Source: Perkinsela sp. CCAP 1560/9 (taxonomy: Eukaryota; Protista; Euglenozoa: Kinetoplastea). From it: DNA of 64,000 nt. The notes beneath the pieces were generated by a model that was not told where the DNA came from, made no database searches, and worked only from the letters and a program-made list of their open reading frames with translations. Positions 11,700 to 22,428 of the stretch are shown here, one piece after another; the first letter of the stretch is position 1, and each line of letters begins with the position of its first letter. The position numbers and the translations under genes were made by a program. The stretch covers positions 248,001 through 312,000 of the forward strand of contig CBFFSA010000004.1 of assembly GCA_965644495.1 (NCBI GenBank). Direction: 5' to 3'.

Positions 11700-12771
11700 A
11701 AATAAATTATATTAACATTGTTTATTAAACGGGGGGCCGGGATAACATACCTGTAACACGATAACATACCGGGGGGTATGTTATCGTGAACAGGGGTGGA
11801 CAACATAGCTCCCCTCCGGATTTTGGAGTTTAGTGATCAATTTTTTTAATTGAAGCTTTTAATTGAATTCTACCTGCAACGATTTCTTCCTGTTCTAAAG
11901 CGCAAATTCAACCAACTCAATTTGGAAAGCGGAATCGCCGTCGTTCCAGGTTGGGAACACTGACCCCAGAAAGGCATCGGTCGGTAACATCGCCTACGAG
12001 CTTCGTGTTCCCCCCAGTCACCCCCCTCTATCAGCCAACCGCATTGAAGCTCAGCATCATAAACAAATATTGGAAGTGTCTGAAGAAAGCCTAACGTCTC
12101 GACATCGTCCTCCAAGGGAGCGAAAAATCACAGATTTTGTAGGACTTCGAAACTCTTCCCAAGAGTACCGATCGAGCAAAAAAATTGACATTTTTTTAAT
12201 TTGGTCCTTCGAGTTCGAAAAAAAAGTCGGACCAATATTTATGTGGACCAAAATTATTGGGGCCAAATTTTTCGTGCATTGAAACAAAAAAGATATATTT
12301 TCTTGGCCTCCCTCGAGGCTTGATATCGTTATTAGATTTTTCGTTTTCCAGAAAATGAAGGACCGTACTTTTAGATTGTTTTTGCTTTGTGTGCTATTCC
12401 AGTAGCTCACAACACTTGCAACCTTTCGTGTCACACACAATTCTTAAATTGCTCTAACTTCAGCCTCACCTTATAGTGATGACCCTACGTGCGTAGAGTA
12501 AATATCTTGATCAAAGATTTTCTGCACCCATTCAACAGACTGAGACATTACACGAAGACTAAAAAATGAAGTGTCGATTGAAAGAAGCAAAAATTTCTAA
12601 TGACGAGTTCTAAACGTTGAAAACGACTGACAATAAAGTCAAAAAGTATTTTAGACCGCCGCCGAAAGAAAAATAAAGTCGGACCAAAATTTATGTGGAC
12701 CAAATTTGTTGGGGACAAATAAAAGTGGACCAAATTTTCTGCTCGACCGGTAAATACGACATTGATTATTA

Positions 12772-14101
12772 TAAACCCCGCGTCACTAATAAGTGACCCC
12801 CCCTTATTTTTAGCACAGGGGGTCGTGGGGAGGTTATCATACCACGTTGTCGTTCAAAATTTTGAGATATGTACGTTCCCGCTGTTTTTAGCCTTAAAAT
12901 TCAGTTAAAAAAAAATAATTTTTTCAACTTTTTTTTTCAAAAATGCCAAAATCACCATATCGACTCCCAAGAGGGGGGTTGACTTCTAGTGGAAAGGTTC
13001 TTTTAAAGATGAGGCACGGACAAGGAGTACCAATAAATGAGCTAGCCCGTGATTTCAACGTTTCTAGAAGGATAGTTAAAAAATATTTGAACGAAAAAAA
13101 AACTACCCCAGTATACACTTTGAGTCCTGAGCGAAAAAAAATAACGAAAACTCGTAAAACGAAAATTGAGAAGATAATAACCCCTCTTGACCCCGCTGGA
13201 GTACCGAGACTCAATTCATCAAGGCGCATAGCAGCCCAATTGAAGAAAAAGAATATGCAAGTTTCAAAAAGAACTCTACAGAGAGACTTATCATCCATGG
13301 ATTACAGTTATGCCGCTCGATCGCTATGCCAAGGGCTTACCGAACGACAAAAAGTAAAAAGAGTTCAATTTGCGTTGAATTACAATATGGATACTTCCTG
13401 TGTCATCTTTACAGACGAAAAAATATTTGATACGAATGATGGCAGAAGAAAAATGTGGGTAAGGCGCGGTCAAAAAGCAGCCCCACGTCAAAAAGTACGT
13501 TGGGCACCAAGATGCCAAGTTTGGGGTGCTGTAGGGGTGGGGTGGAGGTACTTGGTAATTCTACAAAATGACACATCTATTACAAGTGAGACGTACATAG
13601 AAACATTAAAAGAGGTAGATTTCCCCCCTAATCGTATTTTTCAGCAAGATGGGGAAACGGCACACACTGCTCGTGCCTCAAAGGAGTACATTGAAAGCGC
13701 AATGAGTGAGCTTCTGAAAAATTGGCCCCCCAACTCACCAGATCTTTCCCCAATAGAAAACGTCTGGTCTATGGTCCAAGGGGCGGTGGACGAACAGACC
13801 CCATCGGATAAGCCTTCACTCATCCGATGTGTACGCAAAGCGTGGTCTCGCTTGTCTCAAAATGTGATCGACAAAACGGTCTTAAGCTTTGACTCACGCC
13901 TTAAGGAGTGTATAAGATTGAAAGGCGAAAAAGTGAAAAAATGGTAATTCCTCAATAAAATATACGTATTCGCTTCTTTTTGTTTCATTTCTTCACGCGC
14001 AAAGTCCTTGTGTTGAGATCTGCAAAATGCAACAAAAATCAGCTCAAACGGACACTTGTACGAAAAAAAGTGGGGGGTCACTTTTCATGACGCGGGGTTT
14101 A
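12772..14101 (+). mobile_element. Full-length Tc1/IS630-superfamily transposon
   Basis: TA|TAAACCCCGCGTCA...TGACGCGGGGTTTA|TA, enclosing an intact transposase ORF. Confidence 0.95.
12943..13947 (+). CDS. Tc1-like transposase (DD35E)
   Basis: HTH region, then FTDEK, VWGAV, FQQDG..AH, WPPNSPDLSPIENVW. 35 residues between D2 and E. Confidence 0.95.
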   Translation: MPKSPYRLPRGGLTSSGKVLLKMRHGQGVPINELARDFNVSRRIVKKYLNEKKTTPVYTLSPERKKITKTRKTKIEKIITPLDPAGVPRLNSSRRIAAQLKKKNMQVSKRTLQRDLSSMDYSYAARSLCQGLTERQKVKRVQFALNYNMDTSCVIFTDEKIFDTNDGRRKMWVRRGQKAAPRQKVRWAPRCQVWGAVGVGWRYLVILQNDTSITSETYIETLKEVDFPPNRIFQQDGETAHTARASKEYIESAMSELLKNWPPNSPDLSPIENVWSMVQGAVDEQTPSDKPSLIRCVRKAWSRLSQNVIDKTVLSFDSRLKECIRLKGEKVKKW

Positions 14102-15155
14102 TATTTATCATGTGACAAATCCATGCACGTAAGTTAAAGATTTTGTGCTGCTTTCTGCCATTGTGAATCTAAAGTGTGAAATACTCGTATTATTCACAAA
14201 TACAGTTATTATTAACGATCAGACTGATTTTCATTGTAAATAATAACTGTGGGGGGGTTTAACTTGTTGCAGCATATTTCTTTAGTAACATGGCAGACTA
14301 ATTCACTCTATCGAAACATTTCCCATAGGTAGATCACCCAGAAATCCAACATTCTGGTCAAGAGTGCAATAAATCAGCGTGGCAAGACGTTCTTGTGGGC
14401 GCTTGAACGCTCCCGACCATTGCTTGGGAATGGTCCGTTACTTTGTTTCTTCTCGGCGATCTGACGGAACATCCTTCTTATAATCTCCCTCTTTCGGGCG
14501 CTCTAGAGCAGTTTCGACGCTTTGATCCACATGAAATCAACATTTTCTTAGCTGACAAACGGAGGTGACGATCGCAGGACGGCGTTTCTGAGTGAATGAA
14601 GGGCACCGGGTCGCCCAGGCTGGCCGCTTGCTCCCTCAGGATGTTCCTCCTTTGGGAAGTTGCAACCCTCCTCCAAGGGTGACATACTAGGTCCTTCACA
14701 AACGGTTTGGGGTGCGAGGTCCGAACGCCTCTACCAGTTTCCGCCGACGTATTTAACGTTGTTTAACGACCACGTCGAGTACGGGAGTGGGTTCCATTCG
14801 GGAGGGTCCGAGTCGATCCCCCAGATCTCAGTCCTATTCGGAGGGTCTGGGCCCCTACTGTGAGGCCGTCAGGGAAACTGTCATACCCGGGCTTGGGCGT
14901 TTCTTGGATAGCAGCAACTGCGTGGGCATTATAACAAAAAAGGGTTAAAAAATTTTGTATTCTTTTTTCGGAAAAAAAAGTGTGCAATCTTCGCTGGATT
15001 CCACCTAAAATTAGAATCTTAACGCTGTGTTTGGTTGCTTATAACTCATCATTTCCTTGAATCCTGATCCTAGTTAGGATTAAACAGGCAACAAAACTAT
15101 GTGTTGTATTTCTTACCTATAAGAACATTATTCGACGAAATCACAAGTCTCATTC

Positions 15156-17402
15156 TCACTTCATGAGTTCTAAAATTGCGCTCGTCTGTGGCTTATGATA
15201 CGGACTAATTAAGTACGACTTTCGAAGTCTGAATCCATAAAGATAACATTCTCTCAAGAGATTTCTCAGCTGCACATCTTGCAGCAAATCATTAGACAAA
15301 ACATAGAGTGCCATGGTGCTCCAAGCGTTCTTTGCAAGCACCTTTAGCAACTCCGTCAGTCCCTCACCCGTATCCAACACTAAAACAACGACGTGCCTTT
15401 GCTCACGAGATGGGAATCCCATTTCAAATTTCGTCGTAAATCGATTCCGTTCAACAAAATCTTCAAGTTGATATTGTGCGGAAAACGCCTTTGACACCTG
15501 TTCGGACACCCCCATAAACACGCGCTCCAGCCCAGGCACCAGCTTCGCCAGCGCCGCAACCTCCGGACACAACCTCGCTGCTAACCCTCTCCCCCCTCCG
15601 CATACCACCAAACCCATTGGACTTAACGGCACCACACACTGCAACAGTGTGCGGCACACCAGTCGCATCCCCTCCACATCCAGACGGTACCCCCAGCCGG
15701 GGGCATCCATCCGTAGCGGGAGCACAATCTGTACCCCTGCGAGCCCGAGGCGGTCGTACACCACCCCTTGACCATATAAAATCTTTGTAAATATTCGCCC
15801 CTCACCTCCACTCGGGGTCGTGTCCTTAATTTGTACCGCAATATGATGCGACCCGGTAAGCACCGGGTACTCCACCCCCTCCAGAAGAGACTCCACAAGG
15901 GAGCGCTCTCGTAACGAGAGTCTTGGGGTACACTTTAGAGCGTGTGGGGGAGGCTGCGAAGAGGAGAGGTTTCCCCCTCTTCTCCATCCTGTTCCCATTG
16001 CCCCCCTCCGGTCTATCCCCCCCTCCTCCCCCTCCTCCTCCATCTCCCCATGACACAAACAGTAGTTATGGGTACCGCGGCCATACACTCGAATACGAGT
16101 AAGCAGCTGCTCCTGCTCCTCCGTACCCTCATCCACAGGGGTACTCCCCCCCCTATGTTGGGCGTACTCAGGAAGTAGACCACGACCACCACGACTACTC
16201 GTGTGATCCCTACCCGTGTGATCCACAACACCCATCGTACCCGTATGGCCCCGATCACGGGGATCACGACTCCTCTGTGCGGGGTCGTGAGGGCGTAGAC
16301 CACTCGTACCCCTCCCACGGGTAGGGTCCAACCCCTGCAGGTGGGCTGTACCTGTCGGTGGGCTACCCCCCGTGGCACTACCCCTCCCCGCGGCTGCCGC
16401 ACTCGTGTGGTACACACTCACACTCACGACGTGGGAGGTGGGGGTCGGGACCTCATGGGGTCCCGGGACCAGGGGGTGAGCGGCCCACCAGGGGGTGAGC
16501 GCTTGAAGGGCGTGTCGGGTCACGCGGGTGAGGAGGGGGCAGATGGGGTGGATGGGGAACACGAGGGTGGGGGGAGGGAGGGGAGGGGTGGAGAGAGGTT
16601 GTGGGTTACCCCCTTGGTGGCTACCCCCTTGGTGGCTACTCCCTTGGGGACTGCTCCCTTGGGGGCTACCCTGTTGGTAGTTCCCCCCTTGGGGGTTCCT
16701 CTCTTGTGGATTACTCCTGTGTTCTCTTGTTGGTTCATTGTGTTCTTCTTGTGGGTTACTCGTTTTTGTAATTGAAGAAGAGGAAGAAGAAGCAACCGTA
16801 GAGTCTACGTTGTTGTTGTTCTTCGTTTCTCTTCTATTACTTGAAGAGACGAGGAGGGGAGAGGAAAAGGAAGGGAGGTCGGTTCCGGGACGTACCCCGA
16901 CGGTACGTTGGCCTGTGTGGGGGTGACGTCCGAAAAAGAAGGTGTGGGATCGGGTGGGGGTGTTGGCGAGGGGGAGGACATTCGCGGAGAGTACCTGGAA
17001 AGGGGGATGGGTTTCCGCCACGCCGTGCTGCGGGGGGAGACAGGATTGTAGAAAGTGGGTCGCGAGGACGGTTTTGTACTTTTCTTGGTAGGCCGCGGAC
17101 ATCGCACGCCACGGACAGCGAGAGCAGGTGAGCCCGGAGAGAGGGCAAGGGGCGTGCGTAAGGTTTCGACGAGAGGGGCTCACGGCGTGGAGCTTACCCT
17201 GGGAGCGAAGCAGGGAGGGGGCATTGCGTTCATTGCATTGAGCGAGTACGTCGTGGTCGAGCTCGATATAATCCCCGGGAAGCACCCAGGAGAGGGGGAT
17301 GCCACGGGATGGATCCCCCGGCGACGTGTGAGGTTGGGATGAGGGAAGTTTTACTCCGAACGGGTGGCTCGTGGAGTTTACGACTTGCACAGGGAGTCGC
17401 AT
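15156..17402 (-). CDS. Divergent RlmD/TrmA (m5U RNA methyltransferase)-like protein with low-complexity inserts
   Basis: LPGD...SPSR...APCPLSGLTCSRCPW....YQEKYK resembles the RlmD TRAM/Fe-S segment. The C-terminus is only weakly similar. Uninterrupted 748-aa ORF. Confidence 0.6.
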   Translation of the reverse strand: MRLPVQVVNSTSHPFGVKLPSSQPHTSPGDPSRGIPLSWVLPGDYIELDHDVLAQCNERNAPSLLRSQGKLHAVSPSRRNLTHAPCPLSGLTCSRCPWRAMSAAYQEKYKTVLATHFLQSCLPPQHGVAETHPPFQVLSANVLPLANTPTRSHTFFFGRHPHTGQRTVGVRPGTDLPSFSSPLLVSSSNRRETKNNNNVDSTVASSSSSSITKTSNPQEEHNEPTREHRSNPQERNPQGGNYQQGSPQGSSPQGSSHQGGSHQGGNPQPLSTPPLPPPTLVFPIHPICPLLTRVTRHALQALTPWWAAHPLVPGPHEVPTPTSHVVSVSVYHTSAAAAGRGSATGGSPPTGTAHLQGLDPTRGRGTSGLRPHDPAQRSRDPRDRGHTGTMGVVDHTGRDHTSSRGGRGLLPEYAQHRGGSTPVDEGTEEQEQLLTRIRVYGRGTHNYCLCHGEMEEEGEEGGIDRRGAMGTGWRRGGNLSSSQPPPHALKCTPRLSLRERSLVESLLEGVEYPVLTGSHHIAVQIKDTTPSGGEGRIFTKILYGQGVVYDRLGLAGVQIVLPLRMDAPGWGYRLDVEGMRLVCRTLLQCVVPLSPMGLVVCGGGRGLAARLCPEVAALAKLVPGLERVFMGVSEQVSKAFSAQYQLEDFVERNRFTTKFEMGFPSREQRHVVVLVLDTGEGLTELLKVLAKNAWSTMALYVLSNDLLQDVQLRNLLRECYLYGFRLRKSYLISPYHKPQTSAILELMK

Positions 17403-17946
17403 GAGTGGGTTAAAGGTATTAAGCTACGCTCACGTAAAGCTTGTGAGGGAATTTGCTCGTCGCGGACCAGAAAACGCTATGTCGCTGTCCATTACACATA
17501 CATGTATGCGTGTGCAAAAGGAGTACATGTGTGCGTTGATATATTGTAAATTACGTTTCTTTTAATGCTCTTTGTGATAGAGACCGATTTCAGGCTACTG
17601 TAAGTTGGCTATAAATGGGACTTAGTTATCGAATAAATTCTGTCATGAACTAAAAAATTGTTAATTTTAGAAAATAATAGTGGCGTCGAGAGCTTTCAAA
17701 AATCCGTCTTGTTGGACATGCATCGTTTTTGAGGTTTTGATATGAGTGCTGTCACCCCCCCGCCGGTTTCGGTACTTTCCTTTTTCCCCTCGAAATCCTG
17801 CCTAGTCGCCAAATAGCATATTTGGCGACTCATTACTCAGGAAATGTCACCGCATTTTTCAGGTGCACGTTGTGGTTCCAAGGAACACGGAGCACCGTTG
17901 TAAGTACGTACAATGCAATTCTTGTTTAAAGATATGTATTTATGTG

Positions 17947-18467
17947 GAGGGTTGAAACCTATGAAAGGCAAAACTTGGCAAAACCCGCATATTCCTCATT
18001 GACGTGGCGAAGAAAAGTACTATGTCAAATTTAGTGAAGAACATACTTGGTCTCCATCGTGCGCTGCAAAACATTTTTTGCGCCACAGAAAATGAAAATT
18101 TTGAAAAAAATACTTTTTGAAACAGACCCCCAGAAAGGGTAGCCAAGGTCTTGGCGCACATTTTCCACCCTCGTACTCGGGGACAACCCCCCTGGTATCA
18201 ACAGGACGGGGCCGCCGAGTTCAGTTTTTTCCTAAAAAAACTTGAAAAACAGGTCAACTTGGCGAAAATCATGGCTTAAAAAATAGTTTTTCAAAATCGT
18301 TTCACCTATTTTGAGAGTTTGAGACCCATACTAGCTTTCTACGCCGTTGTTTTCACAAGATACCCCTTCTGACACGCCTCCCGAATGACGCCCAAAAAAA
18401 TAGGTGTCCTGACAAAACCAGGCAAAACTTGGTAAAACCCGGCAAAACCTAACAGGTTTCAACCCTC
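17947..18467. mobile_element. Non-autonomous TIR element (hAT-like MITE)
   Basis: GAGGGTTGAAACCT...AGGTTTCAACCCTC with GGCAAAACTTGG subterminal repeats. A similar end is at ~43723. TSD unclear. Confidence 0.6.
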
Positions 18468-20347
18468 AGAGTATTACGATCCCTTTTTATCTCCAAATTA
18501 CATTATGGGACGTCCCTCTAAGTCTTCTTGTACGCCTAGGCCCCCTGGATCAGTTCCCATTCGGATTCCCGCGCACATTGCGGAAAGACTCCCCCACGTT
18601 GAAGCACGGCAAACCCCATCTTCAAATTCAGAAATTGACCCTGAGGCTTCGGAACCAACTCCTAGTTCCACATCATCATTTTCTCAGCGGACATAAGTAG
18701 AGCGAAAGGACGCGGCTGATACTCTTCGTATGCATTGAGTATACGCCCCAAGTTAAACTGCCTTGGATTTTGCGTCTAGTGCGGCACAATTTCATCGAAA
18801 GCGGAAGGAGCGGGGCGGCAACAAAATGCTCCAGAAAGCATGGATAACGGACAACTTCGAAGAGGAGCTTTGCACTGATCGTGTGGACTGCACTTTATAC
18901 GGCAGAAAGCACGCTGATGAACAAAAGACACTTCGTGACAACATGCGGCAGCTGTTTCACCTGAAGTGCCGACATTGCGGCGAAATTTCTCGCTCCTATG
19001 GCGAGAGTCATTACAACGCGTCCCGGCCTTCAAAAGTCCGAGCCAAAAAAAGCAATGCCTGAACAGGGCTCGGCTCGAAACGTCCAGGAATACTGGAGTC
19101 ATGTATTTCCATCGGTCATCGCAACAACAAACATTCCCTTATCAAAGGCTCTCCGTACACAACAAACTTTGATGAAATTGGTACCAAACGGTACACGCAA
19201 GGAAGATATAGTTGTATAGTGTCAGTGTACATTTGCATATGTTTTGGCTTGGGACTGGAAACTGCGGAGTTAGAAAGCTATGTATACATCCCTAATCATA
19301 ACACATAGACGTGTTAAAATAAAGCAAAATTCGCTTTTTCAAAAAAAAGTCTTTTTCTGTTCATAAAAATGTTGTGTAAAGAAATTAAAACTTTCCGCCT
19401 CTAGCTCTCAACCTAAAATGAATACAACGACGATGTTCTTGTAGATTATCTAGGATGCGCAGCATTACATCGCCGCCATTGCATCGTACACTGCAGTTGC
19501 ATTTTAAGAATGGTGCCACTGCACCATGAGAACCTCTGTGACGTTACATCCTTTACAGGGCATATCTTGGAGTTGAGAAGAGTGTGAACCTGAACAAAAA
19601 ACGATTTTTTTCGAAAAAATTTGCTCGACCATGACCCCCCCCCTGGACCCCCCCTCTGGACCCCCCCCTGGACCCCCCATTTTTTTCAATTTTTTTTTTC
19701 AGTTTTGGTCCACCGGAGCCCCCTTTTATATTTTTTTCTTCTATTATATTACTGTGTTCCCCTTTATATTTTCACTGCTTTTGTTCACTTTTTTTGCAAT
19801 AATCGACGGTAGAGCGGTAGTTATACAACCACCGCAACTGTATACTGTAGTTCAAAGTTCAAGCCTGCTGTACAAAAGGTGCTATACAATCAATGACCAT
19901 TTACTGAATGATTACTCTTTTTAGAAAAAAAATTGTAAGCGTACCTGCCATAAATACCTGCAATCTTGGCAGTCACTGGAGGTCAGTCGCTGGCAGTCAC
20001 TGGAGGTCACAGGAGTCCACATCCGACTTTCAGAAAAGCTGTTTTACCGACTATAAAATTATTATAAATTTATAATATAGAAATCAATGAGAGACAGGAT
20101 ACTAGTGCTACTAGAAACCTAGAAAGAACACGACCGAGGAAACTCGTGAAAATCTTACTAAATCTGAACTGAAACCTCACTGAACGAAACTGAGGCCCTC
20201 AGCCCTTCACATGATGGAACCGTTCCAACTTTTTTCTCTAATTTTTAATTTTCGAGCATGCAATTTTTTTTATTACTTATTCACAAAAAAGAGAATTTAT
20301 GACTCTGACGATCTGTGTATCATAGAACTAATACATTGTAACTTAAA

Positions 20348-20956
20348 TCACTCCCAATAGGGAGTGAAAGTTTGAACACAAAGAGGAATAAATCCAGAAG
20401 GAAGAGTTAGTTCGGTATCGTACATCGTAAGCATTTGTAGGCCATGAGGAAGTTTCGAAAAATCAGGTACTCCTTGAATAGGATTGCGACTAAGGTTGAT
20501 CTCTATCATTGTTTCTGGAAAAGCGGTAAAATTCACACTACCTTGTATGTTGTTTCTACAGAGATCCAATAGGCGAAGCGAAGGAGGAAGATCGCTTACT
20601 TCAAGGGACCCGCTGATACCCAAATCAGAGAGAATTAGTTCTAAGAGACCTCGTGGTAATGCTGCAAAATCAACGTGCGGAATTTCATCAAAACGGAAAA
20701 ATGCGGACCTCATATTCAAATGCAACAAAGAGTTCGGTAGAGAAGACCATTGGAACTCACCAGAAAGACCAAGGAGACCCCATTCGAGTCTTACGACATT
20801 ATTTGTTTCGTCACATTTCACACGCTCCCACTCACACGCGGGGGTGTGCGTAGTCCATGATTCTAGAGAATTGGGAAACGTTTTAATAAAGAGAGCGAGA
20901 GCGTACTCTTGTGGTAATTCTGCACTACGAACTCGATGTGCCACAGGGTCTGACAT
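20348..20956 (-). CDS. Short leucine-rich repeat protein
   Basis: Close paralog of 8186-8797. Confidence 0.9.
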   Translation of the reverse strand: MSDPVAHRVRSAELPQEYALALFIKTFPNSLESWTTHTPACEWERVKCDETNNVVRLEWGLLGLSGEFQWSSLPNSLLHLNMRSAFFRFDEIPHVDFAALPRGLLELILSDLGISGSLEVSDLPPSLRLLDLCRNNIQGSVNFTAFPETMIEINLSRNPIQGVPDFSKLPHGLQMLTMYDTELTLPSGFIPLCVQTFTPYWE

Positions 20957-21022
20957 ACAATAATGTTTATAATTTAGAATTGTAAAATCAATGCCTAAGT
21001 AAATTCAGTGATAGTTCGTATA

Positions 21023-21951
21023 TAAACCCCCCACAGCGAATAAGTCACCCCCCTCTTTTTTTTGTACAACGAGGCTTAGGGGGGTTGCGGCACCACTTTC
21101 TCGTTCAAAATTTTGAGATCTGCACGTTCCCGCTGTTTTTAGACCTCTTAACAGATAACAAAATAAAACTCATTTTTTTAATGACGTTTTTACATAGTCA
21201 TGCTAATATTACCCAAAAAATCTCATGTTCCTCGACCAGGGGGGGAGAAGGGGGTCAACATGAAAATGGTGTCACAGATCTTCGCTAGGGGAACGAGATC
21301 TCTCGATTGCAACAAAAATGATCAGAAACAGATAACAAACATTCAATTTGTCACGTGGTGGAATATTTGTCTTTGATTAGTTCTTTCTTGAAACGGTGAT
21401 AAATCAACTTTTTTAAGCTGTCCCCTTTACTTTTTGCTTGAAGGGGCCTAAGGGGGTCAAGATATCATTTTCTCGTTCAAAATTCTGAGATCTACACGTT
21501 CCCACCATTTTTAGATTATTTTAGAAACTGAAAAAGAAAATTGTTTTTAGGTTCTATTTTTTTGCATCGTCATACCATACTAATTTAACAAAACAAACAC
21601 TCCGCGGCCAGGGGGCACAATTGGGTCAATATTAAAAAATAGCGGCAAAGATCTTTGCTAGGAGAACGAGGTCTCTCGTTTGCAACAAAAATCAGCAAAA
21701 ACGGACAAAAATAATTGAATTTCTCATGAGAGGAGAAGATTTATTTTGTTAAAGTGTGAGAAATTGGTCTCTTGAAAAATGTGAAGAAAGTGATAATCCA
21801 TCTATCGGATGCACGCATTTGAGAGCCTTGGTTCCATGCTATAACGCGCAAAGTCTTTGTGTTGGGAACAGCGAAATGCAACAAAAATGAGCTCAAACGG
21901 ACACTTGGCTGAAAAGTAAGAGGGGGATGACTTTTCGCTGTGGGGGGTTTA
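21023..21951. mobile_element. Tc1-type MITE related to the element at 12772-14101
   Basis: TA|TAAACCCCCCACAGCGAA...TTCGCTGTGGGGGGTTTA|TA. Shares subterminal blocks (CGTTCAAAATTTTGAGAT, GCTCAAACGGACACTT) with the autonomous copy. Confidence 0.9.
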
Positions 21952-22428
21952 TATTGTATGCAACCTAAATGCTGAATATTTCTAAAACGGTATACATTAA
22001 GTAAGTTCATAAAATATCCGGCTAATTTATTTTTCCACTATAATTTTTCATCACCTGCCCAACTTACGACTGGGAAATTTCTCGTTTACAGTTCGTTCTC
22101 CAGTCGCAAATGCCCTGCTCGCTTGTGCTGTGCCGGCTCGCTGCTAGCTTTATGTCGTAATTTTCGCTGACTACGTAGAATTTGAATATCCACAAGCTTA
22201 ATTTCTCAAGTCTTACAAAATAAATTCAAGATGGTACATAGTTTTTTTTTTTAGCCAGTCGGGTTAAACCCGAGTCCCAGCAAACAATAAAATTTTTTTT
22301 TGTTGTAAAGTTAGTCAATTAATATTTTGTACATCCATAGCGGTGGCCCCCGCTGCAGATGGTTTTATTTTAGCGTTTGAACAATTATTTTCCTTTCCGG
22401 TATGATTATGCCTGCATATTTTCATTGC

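Noticed and set aside
15463-17342. Many overlapping alternative-frame ORFs
   Set aside because: Shadows of the GC-rich 748-aa gene. The same applies to antisense ORFs over the LRR, NMNAT and CRE genes.
18505-19219. Decayed transposase with CxxC (LKCRHCG)
   Set aside because: Too fragmentary to assign a family.
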